Of a stretch of 64,000 nucleotides of DNA, positions 40,446-52,324 are shown piece by piece. Origin of the DNA: Octopus vulgaris (lineage: Eukaryota); assembly GCA_951406725.2 (NCBI GenBank), contig OX597841.1:20894001-20958000 (forward strand). The letters are read 5' to 3'. Every line of letters starts with the position of its first letter. The stretch's first letter is position 1. A program made the translations under genes and the position numbers. Below the pieces are notes generated by a model. The model saw only the letters and a list, made by a program, of their open reading frames with translations, was not told the origin of the DNA and did not search any database.

Positions 40446-42065
40446 ATTTCAGTGAACCAAAGAGCAAGTATCAAAGCGCAATTTTTACCCTACTAAAGTA
40501 TTAAATTGCGCTTTAAACAATTTAACACTTTAGTAGGGTAAAAATTGCGCTTTGAAACATTTAATACTTTGTAAAAATTTACTTTTACAACACTTTTGTT
40601 TTCCTGTTGTATAGGGCTTTTTTCTTCTTCCTTTGATACTTGCTCTTTGGTTCACTGAAAAATTGCGCATTAAATCATTTAAAACTTTAGTTTCTGTAAA
40701 AATTTATTATTTGCTTTTACAGCGTTTTTCTTTTTCTGTCGTTTACGGCTTTTTCTAGATCCTTCGATACTAACCGTTTGGTTCACGGACATATTGTGCT
40801 TCAAACCGTTTAATGCTCGTTTCTGTAAAAATTTCCTAATTTAATCCTATAAATGTTTTCTTTTTGTTTTTTGCGGCTTTTTTGTACTTCTTTTGATACT
40901 AGCTCTTTGGTTCACTGACTTAATTTTCTTATTTTCTTTCACAACGATTTTGTGTTTTTATGTTGTTTATGGCTGTTTTGTAGTTCCTTCAATACTGGCA
41001 CTTTGGTTCACCGATAAGTTGCTTTTTATGCGCTTTAATAGGTTCAAAACTTTATTTTTTTTAAAAATTTTTTATTTGCTTTTACAGCGGTTTTGCATTT
41101 CTGTTCTTTACGGATTTTTTATCGTTTCTTCGATAAAAAGTTCACTAAGAAATTGCGCTTCAATACGTTTAATACTTTAGTTACTGTAAAAATTTCATAT
41201 TTACTATAGCAACGGTTTTCTGTTTTTCTGTTGTTTACGGCTTTTTTCTACTTGCTTCGATACTATTCACAGAGAAATTACGTTTTAAACCGTTTCTGTA
41301 AACATTTCTTATTTACTGTAAGAACGGTTTTGCTTTCTTTGTAGTTTCTTCCATACTAGCTCTTTTGTTCACTGACAAATTCCTGTTGAAACCTATAGTA
41401 ATTTATTACTGTATACATTTCGTATTAACTTTTACAATCGTTTTCTTTTTTTGTTGTTTACGGTTTGTTTTCTGTAACAAATTTTTATTAACCTTTACAA
41501 CGGTTTTGTGTTTTCTTTTCTTACTTACGGGTTTTTTATTCTTACCTCAAAACTTGCACTTTGTTTCACTGACAAACTGCACTTGAAAAACATTTAATAT
41601 TTTTACTGCACTTTAAAAACATTTAATATTTTTACTGTAAAAATTGCGCTTTAAACCGTTCAATACTTCATTTTCTGTAAAAATTATTTGCTTATACAGT
41701 GGTTTTGTGTTTCTGTAGTTTACTGCTTTTTTCTAATTCCTTCGAAACTAATTATTTGGTTCACTGACAAATTGCGCTTTAAATATTTTAATACTAGATT
41801 CTGTAAAAAATTTTTTTTAACTATAGTAAATAAGAAATTTTTGCAGAATCTAGTATTAAAAGTTGTAAAGCACAATTTCTCAGTGAACCAAAGAATAAAA
41901 AATTAATACAGTAATAAAGTATTATAGGTTTAATGCGGAATTTGTAAGTGAACAAAAGAGCAAGTATGGAAGGAACTAGGAAAAAGCAAAACCGTTTTTA
42001 CAGTAAATAAGAAATTTTTACAGAAACTATAGTATGAAACGGTTTGAAACTCAATTTCTCATTGA
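40446..42065. repeat. Degenerate T-rich tandem repeat (about 120 bp) with local inversions
   Basis: Recurring TTGGTTCACTGA, AATTGCGCTTTAAA, TTTCTGTAAAAATT and GTTTACGGCTTTTT motifs. Inverted copies occur at 40449-40500 and about 41830-42060. Confidence 0.7.
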
Positions 42066-42069
42066 ATAT

Positions 42070-42855
42070 GAAAAGCATCAGTTGTGGCCGTACAAAGGAG
42101 GAAAAAAGTGGTATGATGACACCTTGTTCTCTGGACCAAAAAGTTCTTAATATCCAGCAACTCATCCGACGAACTTCTTGTTGATGTGTGCACTCCAAGT
42201 GAGAGCGTCATCAACAATTACACCCAGATCTCTGATAATGTTAGAGTCTGTATGAGCGGTTCCCCTGAAGGAAGAAAGTATAGCTGTTTTAGTGAGGAGT
42301 TTCTTCTAAAATGCATCAGCTCAAATTTTCCACATTCAGTTGCATTATTTTTCTGTTTGCCCATTGACTCACAGCATATAGATCAGACTGGAGTTGAGTT
42401 CGGTCTGCTTCTTCATTGACGATTTGTCGGAGTTTAGTGTCACCAGCAAATATTTTCACTTTGCAGTAATGTACGACACTATTCGTTTATGTATATTACG
42501 AAGAGTAGCGGACGCAAGACAGTCCGCTGGGGGGACACTGCTGGTGACTTTTGCTGGGCTTGAGTGGACTCCATCAAATACAACATGTGTTGTATTCGCC
42601 AGGAAATTCTTGATCCATTGTAGAACTTTTCCACGGATTCCAACATTTGCCAATTTTGAGAGTAGGATAGTATGGTTTACCCTGTCGAACACTTTACTGA
42701 AGTCAAGATATATGACATCAGAGTTCGAACCTGTTCCCAAGGCTTTGAGTACATCTTCAATGTGGTGTAAGAGATGTGTTAGACAGTCCCTGCCACAGCG
42801 AAAGCCATGCTGATTTGCAGCTAGTAGTTTCTGGGTCTCCAGGAAGTCAGCATTA
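42070..42855 (-). pseudogene. Decayed non-LTR retrotransposon reverse transcriptase fragment (CR1/L2-like clade)
   Basis: Minus-strand translation NQHGFRCGRDCLTHLL...DVIYLDFSKVFDRVNHTILLSKL...GIRGKVLQWIKNFL...VTSSVP. After frameshifts come KIFAGDTKL (degenerate F/YADD motif) and LFSSFVRPQL. Frameshifted and truncated. Confidence 0.88.
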
Positions 42856-44456
42856 TAATTTAATAATACATAATAGTAATTACATTAGATGTGAGGGAAG
42901 TAACTCTCGAAGATTTAGGAGTTGTCTTCCTTCGTAGAGTTACATTGCATATTATAATTAATAATAATATGCCAGGGGAGTAACTCTACAAAGGGAAATA
43001 ATTAAAAAAAAATATCCCAGAGTTACCTCCCTTGAATCTAATTAAGTTACGGTTATGTATTTTTAAATTATAAGATTTAAGGGAAGTAACTCTAGAGAGG
43101 TGGAACATTATCTCCCTTTCGAGAGTTATTCCCCTTGAATATTATAATTTGATAATACATAATAGTAATTTAATTAGATGTAAGGGAAGTAACTCTCGAA
43201 GATTTAGGAGTTGTCTTCCTTCGTAGAGTTACTTACCTTGCATATTATAATTAATAATAATATGCCAGGGGAGTAACTCTAGGAAGGGAAATAATTTTTA
43301 AAAAATATCCCAGAGTTACCTCCCTTCAATCTAATTAAGTTATTGTTATGTATTTTTAAGTTATAAGATTCAAGGGAAGTAACTCTAGAGAGGTAGAACA
43401 TTATCCAGAGTTACTTCCCTTACATGTTATTACGTTACGATTGGGGTTTAGGGTTTGGGGGTTAGGTTTAGGGATAAGGTTGGGGTTAGGATTAAGATTA
43501 GGGTTTGGGTTAGGGTTAGTTATGTCCCTTTCTAGAGTTATTCCCCTTGAATATTATAATTTAATAATACATAATAGTAATTTAATTAGATGTAAGGGAA
43601 GTAACTCTCGAAGATTTAGGAGTTGTCTTCCTTCGTAGAGTTACTTACCTTGCATATTATAATTAATAATAATATGCCAAGGGAGTAACACTAGAAAGGG
43701 AAATAATTTTTTAAAAAAATATCCCAGAGTTACCTCCCTTCAATCTAATAAATTTATTGTTATGTATTTTTAAGTTATAAGATTCAAGGGAAGTAACTCT
43801 AGAGAGGTAGAACATTATCCAGAGTTACTTCCCTTACATGTTATTACGTTACGATTGGGGTTTAGGGTTAGGGGGTTAGGTTTAGGGATAAGGTTGGGGT
43901 TAGGATTTAAGATTAGGGTTTGGGATAGGGTTAGTTATGTCCCTTTCTAGAGTTATTCCCCTTGAATATTATAATTTAATAATACATAATAGTAATTTAA
44001 TTAGATGTAAGGGAAGTAACTCTCGAAGATTTAGGAGTTGTCTTCCTTCGTAGAGTTACTTACCTTGTATATTATAATTAATAATATGCCAGGGGAGTAA
44101 CTCCAGAAAGGGAAATAATTTTTTAAAAATATCCCAGAGTTACCTCCCTTTAATCTAATTAAGTTATTGTTATGTATTTTTAAGTTATATGTTTCAAGGG
44201 AAGTAACTCTAGAGAGGTAGAACATTATCCAGAGTTACTTCCCTTACATGTTATTACGTTACGATTGGGGTTCAGGGTTAGGGGGTTAGGTGTAGGGATA
44301 AGGTTGGGGTTAGGATTTAAGATTAGGGTTTGGGTTAGGGTTAGTTATCTCCCTTTCTAGAGTTATTCCCCTTGAATATTATAATTTAATAATACATAAT
44401 AGTAATTTAATTAGATGTAAGGGAAGTAACTCTCGAAGATTTAGGAGTTGTCTCCC
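42856..44456. repeat. Subtelomere-like tandem repeat: one 289-bp unit, then three ~410-415-bp units each carrying a degenerate TTAGGG tract
   Basis: GATTTAGGAGTTGTC at 42912, 43201, 43613, 44028 and 44438. TTAGGG-variant tracts at about 43441-43520, 43856-43935 and 44266-44345. Confidence 0.9.
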
Positions 44457-44467
44457 TGCAGAGCCAA

Positions 44468-47400
44468 GGCCAGGCCAGGCCAGCAGGCCAGGAGGCCAGG
44501 CCAGGCCAGGCCAGGCCAGGCCAGGCCAGGCAGGCCAGGCGCCAGGCCAGGCCAGGCCAGGCCAGGCCAGGCCAGGCCAGGCCAGGCCAGGCCAGGCCAG
44601 GCCAGGCCAGGCCAGGCCAGGCCAGGGCCAGGCCAGGCCAGGCCAGGCCAGGCCAGGCCAGGCCAGGCCAGGCCAGGCCAGGCCAGGCCAGGCCAGGCCA
44701 GGCCAGCCAGGCCAGGCCAGGCCAGGCCAGGCCAGGCCAGGCCAGGCCAGGCCAGGCCAGGCCAGGCCAGGCCAGGCCAGGCCAGGCCAGGCCAGGCCAG
44801 GCCAGGCCAGGCCAGGCCAGGCCAGGCCAGGCCAGGCCAGGCCAGGCCAGGCCAGGCCAGGCCAGGCCAGGCCAGGCCAGGCCAGGCCAGGCCAGGCCAG
44901 GCCAGGCCAGGCCAGGCCAGGCCAGGCCAGGCCAGGCCAGGCCAGGCCAGGCCAGGCCAGGCCAGGCCAGGCCAGGCCAGGCCAGGCCAGGCCAGGCCAG
45001 GCCAGGCCAGGCCAGGCCAGGCCAGGCCAGGCCAGGCCAGGGCCAGGCCAGGCCAGGCCAGGCCAGGCCAGGCCAGGCCAGGCCAGGCCAGGCCAGGCCA
45101 GGCCAGGCCAGGCCAGGCCAGGCCAGGCCAGGCCAGGCCAGGCCAGGCCAGGCCAGGCCAGGCCAGGCCAGGCCAGGCCAGGCCAGGCCAGGCCAGGCCA
45201 GGCCAGGCCAGGCCAGGCCAGGCCAGGCCAGGCCAGGCCAGGCCAGGCCAGGCCAGGCCAGGCCAGGCCAGGCCAGGCCAGGCCAGGCCAGGCCAGGCCA
45301 GGCCAGGCCAGGCCAGGCCAGGCCAGGCCAGGCCAGGCCAGGCCAGGCCAGGCCAGGCCAGGCCAGGCCAGGCCAGGCCAGGCCAGGCCAGGCCAGGCCA
45401 GGCCAGGCCAGGCCAGGCCAGGCCAGGCCAGGCCAGGCCAGGCCAGGCCAGGCCAGGCCAGGCCAGGCCAGGCCAGGCCAGGCCAGGCCAGGCCAGGCCA
45501 GGCCAGCCAGGCCAGGCCAGGCCAGGCCAGGCCAGGCCAGGCCAGGCCAGGCCAGGCCAGGCCAGGCCAGGCCAGGCCAGGCCAGGCCAGGCCAGGCCAG
45601 GCCAGGCCAGGCCAGGCCAGGCCAGGCCAGGCCAGGCCAGGCCAGGCCAGGCCAGGCCAGGCCAGGCCAGGCCAGGCCAGGCCAGGCCAGGCCAGGCCAG
45701 GCCAGGCCAGGCCAGGCCAGGCCAGGCCAGGCCAGGCCAGGCCAGGCCAGGCCAGGCCAGGCCAGGCCAGGCCAGCCAGGCCAGGCCAGGCCAGGCCAGG
45801 GCCAGGCCAGGCCAGGCCAGGCCAGGCCAGGCCAGGCCAGGCCAGCCAGGCCAGGCCAGGCCAGGCCAGGCCAGGCCAGGCCAGGCCAGGCCAGGCCAGG
45901 GCCAGGCCAGCCAGGCCAGGCCAGGCCAGGCCAGGCCAGGCCAGGCCAGGCCAGGCCAGGCCAGGCCAGGCCAGGCCAGGCCAGGCCAGGCCAGGCCAGG
46001 CCAGGCCAGGCCAGGCCAGGCCAGGCCAGGCCAGGCCAGGCCAGGCCAGGCCAGGCCAGGCCAGGCCAGGCCAGGCCAGGCCAGGCCAGGCCAGGCCAGG
46101 CCAGGCCAGGCCAGGCCAGGCCAGGCCAGGCCAGGCCAGGCCAGGCCAGGCCAGGCCAGGCCAGGCCAGGCCAGGCCAGGCCAGGCCAGGCCAGGCCAGG
46201 CCAGGCCAGGCCAGGCCAGGCCAGGCCAGGCCAGGCCAGGCCAGGCCAGGCCAGGCCAGGCCAGGCCAGGCCAGGCCAGGCCAGGCCAGGCCAGGCCAGG
46301 CCAGGCCAGGCCAGGCCAGGCCAGGCCAGGCCAGGCCAGGCCAGGCCAGGCCAGGCCAGGCCAGGCCAGGCCAGGCCAGGCCAGGCCAGGCCAGGCCAGG
46401 GCCAGGCCAGGCCAGGCCAGGCCAGGCCAGGCCAGGCCAGGCCAGGCCAGGCCAGGCCAGGCCAGGCCAGGCCAGGCCAGGCCAGGCCAGGCCAGGGCCA
46501 GGCCAGGCCAGGCCAGGCCAGGCCAGGCCAGGCCAGGCCAGGCCAGGCCAGGGGCCAGGCCAGGCCAGGCCAGGCCAGGCCAGGCCAGGCCAGGCCAGGC
46601 CAGGCCAGGCCAGGCCAGGCCAGGCCAGGCCAGGCCAGGCCAGGCCAGGCCAGGCCAGGCCAGGCCAGGCCAGGCCAGGCCAGGCCAGGCCAGGCCAGGC
46701 CAGGCCAGGCCAGGCCAGGCCAGGCCAGGCCAGGCCAGGCCAGGCCAGGGCCAGGCCAGGCCAGGCCAGGCCAGGGCCAGGCCAGGCCAGGCCAGGCCAG
46801 GCCAGGCCAGGCCAGGCCAGGCCAGGCCAGGCCAGGCCAGGCCAGGCCAGGCCAGGCCAGGCCAGGCCAGGCCAGGCCAGGCCAGGCCAGGCCAGGCCAG
46901 GCCAGGCCAGGCCAGGCCAGGCCAGGCCAGGCCAGGCCAGGCCAGGCCAGGCCAGGCCAGGCCAGGCCAGGCCAGGCCAGGCCAGGCCAGGCCAGGCCAG
47001 GCCAGGCCAGGCCAGGCCAGGCCAGGCCAGGCCAGGCCAGGCCAGGCCAGGCCAGGCCAGGCCAGGCCAGGCCAGGCCAGGCCAGGCCAGGCCAGGCCAG
47101 GCCAGGCCAGGCCAGGCCAGGCCAGGCCAGGCCAGGCCAGGCCAGGCCAGGCCAGGCCAGGCCAGGCCAGGCCAGGCCAGGCCAGGCCAGGCCAGGCCAG
47201 GCCAGGCCAGGCCAGGCCAGGCCAGGCCAGGCCAGGCCAGGCCAGGCCAGGCCAGGCCAGGCCAGGCCAGGCCAGGCCAGGCCAGGCCAGGCCAGGCCAG
47301 GCCAGGCCAGGCCAGGCCAGGCCAGGCCAGGCCAGGCCAGGCCAGGCCAGCCAGGCCAGGCCAGGCCAGGCCAGGCCAGGCCAGGCCAGGCCAGGCCAGG

Positions 47401-50400
47401 CCAGGCCAGGCCAGGGCCAGGCCAGGCCAGGCCAGGCCAGGCCAGGCCAGGCCAGGCCAGGCCAGGCCAGGCCAGGCCAGGCCAGGCCAGGCCAGGCCAG
47501 GCCAGGCCAGGCCAGGCCAGGCCAGGCCAGGCCAGGCCAGGCCAGGCCAGGCCAGGCCAGGCCAGCCAGGCCAGGCCAGGCCAGGCCAGGCCAGGCCAGG
47601 CCAGGCCAGGCCAGGCCAGGCCAGGCCAGGCCAGGCCAGGCCAGGCCAGGCCAGGCCAGGCCAGGCCAGGCCAGGCCAGGCCAGGCCAGGCCAGGGCCAG
47701 GCCAGGCCAGGCCAGGCCAGGCCAGGCCAGGCCAGGCCAGGCCAGGCCAGGCCAGGCCAGGCCAGGCCAGGCCAGGCCAGGCCAGGCCAGGCCAGGCCAG
47801 GCCAGGCCAGGCCAGGCCAGGCCAGGCCAGGCCAGGCCAGGCCAGGCCAGGCCAGGCCAGGCCAGGCCAGGCCAGGCCAGGCCAGGCCAGGCCAGGCCAG
47901 GCCAGGCCAGGCCAGGCCAGGCCAGGCCAGGCCAGGCCAGGCCAGGCCAGGCCAGGCCAGGCCAGGCCAGGCCAGGCCAGGCCAGGCCAGGCCAGGCCAG
48001 GCCAGGCCAGGCCAGGCCAGGCCAGGCCAGGCCAGGCCAGGCCAGGCCAGGCCAGGCCAGGCCAGGCCAGGCCAGGCCAGGCCAGGCCAGGCCAGGCCAG
48101 GCCAGGCCAGGCCAGGCCAGGCCAGGCCAGGCCAGGCCAGGCCAGGCCAGGCCAGGCCAGGCCAGGCCAGGCCAGGCCAGGCCAGGCCAGGCCAGGCCAG
48201 GCCAGGCCAGGCCAGGCCAGGCCAGGCCAGGGCCAGGCCAGGCCAGGCCAGGCCAGGCCAGGCCAGGCCAGGCCAGGCCAGGCCAGGCCAGGCCAGGCCA
48301 GGCCAGGCCAGGCCAGGCCAGGCCAGGCCAGGCCAGGCCAGGCCAGGCCAGGCCAGGCCAGGCCAGGCCAGGCCAGGCCAGGCCAGGCCAGGCCAGGCCA
48401 GGCCAGGCCAGGCCAGGCCAGGCCAGGCCAGGCCAGGCCAGGCCAGGCCAGGCCAGGCCAGGCCAGGCCAGGCCAGGCCAGGCCAGGCCAGGCCAGGCCA
48501 GGCCAGGCCAGGCCAGGCCAGGCCAGGCCAGGCCAGGCCAGGCCAGGCCAGGCCAGGCCAGGCCAGGCCAGGCCAGGCCAGGGCCAGGCCAGGCCAGGCC
48601 AGGCCAGGCCAGGCCAGGCCAGGCCCAGGCCAGGCCAGGCCAGGCCAGGCCAGGCCAGGCCAGGCCAGGCCAGGCCAGGCCAGGCCAGGCCAGGCCAGGC
48701 CAGGCCAGGCCAGGCCAGGCCAGGCCAGGCCAGGCCAGGCCAGGCCAGGGCCAGGCCAGGCCAGGCCAGGCCAGGCCAGGCCAGGCCAGGCCAGGCCAGG
48801 CCAGGCCAGGCCAGGCCAGGCCAGGCCAGGCCAGGCCAGGCCAGGCCAGGCCAGGCCAGGCCAGGCCAGGCCAGGCCAGGCCAGGCCAGGCCAGGCCAGG
48901 CCAGGCCAGGCCAGGCCAGGCCAGGCCAGGCCAGGCCAGGCCAGGCCAGGCCAGGCCAGGCCAGGCCAGGCCAGGCCAGGCCAGGCCAGGCCAGGCCAGG
49001 CCAGGCCAGGCCAGGCCAGGCCAGGCCAGGCCAGGCCAGGCCAGGCCAGGCCAGGCCAGGCCAGGCCAGGCCAGGCCAGGCCAGGCCAGGCCAGGCCAGG
49101 CCAGGCCAGGCCAGGCCAGGCCAGGCCAGGCCAGGCCAGGCCAGGCCAGGCCAGGCCAGGCCAGGCCAGGCCAGGCCAGGCCAGGCCAGGCCAGGCCAGG
49201 GCCAGGCCAGGCCAGGCCAGGCCAGGCCAGGCCAGGCCAGGGCCAGGCCAGGCCAGGCCAGGCCAGGCCAGGCCAGGCCAGGCCAGGCCAGGCCAGGCCA
49301 GGCCAGGCCAGGCCAGGCCAGGCCAGGCCAGGCCAGGCCAGGCCAGGCCAGGCCAGGCCAGGCCAGGCCAGGCCAGGCCAGGCCAGGCCAGGCCAGGCCA
49401 GGCCAGGCCAGGCCAGGCCAGGCCAGGCCAGGCCAGGCCAGGCCAGGCCAGGCCAGGCCAGGCCAGGCCAGGCCAGGCCAGGCCAGGCCAGGCCAGGCCA
49501 GGCCAGGCCAGGCCAGGCCAGGCCAGGCCAGGCCAGGCCAGGCCAGGCCAGGCCAGGCCAGGCCAGGCCAGGCCAGGCCAGGCCAGGCCAGGCCAGGCCA
49601 GGCCAGGCCAGGCCAGGCCAGGCCAGGCCAGGCCAGGCCAGGCCAGGCCAGGGCCAGGCCCAGGCCAGGCCAGGCCAGGCCAGGCCAGGCCAGGCCAGGC
49701 CAGGGCCAGGCCAGGCCAGGCCAGGCCAGGCCAGGCCAGGCCAGGCCAGGCCAGGCCAGGCCAGGCCAGGCCAGGCCAGGCCAGGCCAGGCCAGGCCAGG
49801 CCAGGCCAGGCCAGGCCAGGCCAGGCCAGGCCAGGCCAGGCCAGGCCAGGCCAGGCCAGGCCAGGCCAGGCCAGGCCAGGCCAGGCCAGGCCAGGCCAGG
49901 CCAGGCCAGGCCAGGCCAGGCCAGGCCAGGCCAGGCCAGGCCAGGCCAGGCCAGGCCAGGCCAGGCCAGGCCAGGCCAGGCCAGGCCAGGCCAGGCCAGG
50001 CCAGGCCAGGCCAGGCCAGGCCAGGCCAGGCCAGGCCAGGCCAGGCCAGGCCAGGCCAGGCCAGGCCAGGCCAGGCCAGGCCAGGCCAGGCCAGGCCAGG
50101 CCAGGCCAGGCCAGGCCAGGCCAGGCCAGGCCAGGCCAGGCCAGGCCAGGCCAGGCCAGGCCAGGCCAGGCCAGGCCAGGCCAGGCCAGGCCAGGCCAGG
50201 CCAGGCCAGGCCAGGCCAGGCCAGGCCAGGCCAGGCCAGGCCAGGCCAGGCCAGGCCAGGCCAGGCCAGGCCAGGCCAGGCCAGGCCAGGCCAGGCCAGG
50301 CCAGGCCAGGCCAGGCCAGGCCAGGCCAGGCCAGGCCAGGCCAGGCCAGGCCAGGCCAGGCCAGGCCAGGCCAGGCCAGGCCAGGCCAGGCCAGGCCAGG

Positions 50401-51894
50401 CCAGGCCAGGCCAGGCCAGGCCAGGGCCAGGCCAGGCCAGGCCAGGCCAGCCAGGCCAGGCCAGGCCAGGCCAGGCCAGGCCAGGCCAGGCCAGGCCAGG
50501 CCAGGCCAGGCCAGGCCAGGCCAGGCCAGGCCAGGCCAGGCCAGGCCAGGCCAGGCCAGGCCAGGCCAGGCCAGGCCAGGCCAGGCCAGGCCAGGCCAGG
50601 CCAGGCCAGGCCAGGCCAGGCCAGGCCAGGCCAGGCCAGGCCAGGCCAGGCCAGGCCAGGCCAGGCCAGGCCAGGCCAGGCCAGGCCAGGCCAGGCCAGG
50701 CCAGGCCAGGCCAGGCCAGGCCAGGCCAGGCCAGGCCAGGCCAGGCCAGGCCAGGCCAGGCCAGGCCAGGCCAGGCCAGGCCAGGCCAGGCCAGGCCAGG
50801 CCAGGCCAGGCCAGGCCAGGCCAGGCCAGGCCAGGCCAGGCCAGGCCAGGCCAGGCCAGGCCAGGCCAGGCCAGGCCAGGCCAGGCCAGGCCAGGGCCAG
50901 CCAGGCCAGGCCAGGCCAGGCCAGGCCAGGCCAGGCCAGGCCAGGCCAGGCCAGGCCAGGCCAGGCCAGGCCAGGCCAGGCCAGGCCAGGCCAGGCCAGG
51001 CCAGGCCAGGCCAGGCCAGGCCAGGCCAGGCCAGGCCAGGCCAGGCCAGGCCAGGCCAGGCCAGGCCAGGCCAGGCCAGGCCAGGCCAGGCCAGGCCAGG
51101 CCAGGCCAGGCCAGGCCAGGCCAGGCCAGGCCAGGCCAGGCCAGGCCAGGCCAGGCCAGGCCAGGCCAGGCCAGGCCAGGCCAGGCCAGGCCAGGCCAGG
51201 CCAGGCCAGCCAGGCCAGGCCAGGCCAGGCCAGGCCAGGCCAGGCCAGGCCAGGCCAGGCCAGGCCAGGCCAGGCCAGGCCAGGCCAGGCCAGGCCAGGC
51301 CAGGCCAGGCCAGGCCAGGCCAGGCCAGGCCAGGCCAGGCCAGGCCAGGCCAGGCCAGGCCAGGCCAGGCCAGGCCAGGCCAGGCCAGGCCAGGCCAGGC
51401 CAGGCCAGGCCAGGCCAGGCCAGGCCAGGCCAGGCCAGGCCAGGCCAGGCCAGGCCAGGCCAGGCCAGGCCAGGCCAGGCCAGGCCAGGCCAGGCCAGGC
51501 CAGGCCAGGCCAGGCCAGGCCAGGCCAGGCCAGGCCAGGCCAGGCCAGGCCAGGCCAGGCCAGGCCAGGCCAGGCCAGGCCAGGCCAGGCCAGGGGCCAG
51601 GCCAGGCCAGCCAGGCCAGGCCAGGCCAGGCCAGGCCAGGCCAGGCCAGGCCAGGCCAGGCCAGGCCAGGCCAGGCCAGGCCAGGCCAGGCCAGGCCAGG
51701 CCAGGCCAGGCCAGGCCAGGCCAGGCCAGGCCAGGCCAGGCCAGGCCAGGGCCAGGGCCAGGCCAGGCCAGGCCAGGCCAGGCCAGGCCAGGCCAGGCCA
51801 GGGCCAGGCCAGGCCAGGGCCAGGCCAGGCCAGGCCAGGCCAGGCCAGGCCAGGCCAGGCCAGGCCAGGCCAGGCCAGGCCAGGCCAGGCCAGG
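44468..51894. repeat. (GGCCA)n pentamer array of about 7.4 kb with scattered single-base indels; probably mis-basecalled (TTAGGG)n telomere
   Basis: The repeat is seen directly. The telomere interpretation is an inference from context and known nanopore telomere miscalls. Confidence 0.9.
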
Positions 51895-52324
51895 GGGGGG
51901 GGGGTGGAAGGCCAGGCAGAAGAAGAAGGTTAGGGAAGGGGATAGGGGGGGGGGGAAGAAGAAGAAGAAGGAAGAAGAAGAAGAAGGAAGGGAAGGGAAG
52001 AAGGAAGGGGGAAGAAGGTTAGGGTTAGGAAGGGGAAGAAGAAGAAGAAGAAGGGTTAGAAGAAGAAGAAGAAGAAGAAGAAGAAGAAGAAGAAGAAGAA
52101 GAAGAAGAAGAAGAAGAAGAAGAAGAAGAAGAAGAAGAAGAAGAAGAAGAAGAAGAAGAAGAAGAAGAAGAAGAAGAAGAAGAAGAAGAAGAAGAAGAAG
52201 AAGAAGAAGAAGAAGAAGAAGAAGAAGAAGGTTAGAAGAAGAAGAAGAAGAAGAAGAAGAAGAAGAAGAAGAAGAAGAAGAAGAAGAAGAAGAAGAAGAA
52301 GAAGAAGAAGAAGAAGAAGAAGAA
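51895..52324. repeat. G/A-rich noisy tract and (AAG)n interrupted by GGTTAG units
   Basis: GGTTAG(GG) at 51928, 52017-52029, 52053 and 52230, embedded in AAG repeats. Confidence 0.9.

Noticed and set aside
42070-42855. Active telomere-maintaining retrotransposon (HeT-A/TART/SART-like) or telomerase RT
   Set aside because: It is a single truncated, frameshifted CR1/L2-like fragment with a mutated catalytic motif (FAGD), and it is not inserted in telomeric repeats.
44468-51894. Array of Dcm (CCWGG) or HaeIII (GGCC) sites as a methylation or restriction decoy
   Set aside because: The context is eukaryotic and telomere miscalling explains the tract more simply.
44448-52022. 2524-aa (PGQAR)n ORF, superficially collagen- or elastomer-like
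   Set aside because: It is the translation of a pure pentanucleotide repeat with no synonymous variation and random indels. The underlying sequence is probably a basecalling artefact.
51895-52324. Genuine (GAA)n triplet expansion
   Set aside because: It is interleaved with GGTTAG units and continuous with TTAGGG, matching the known CTTCTT miscall of CCCTAA.
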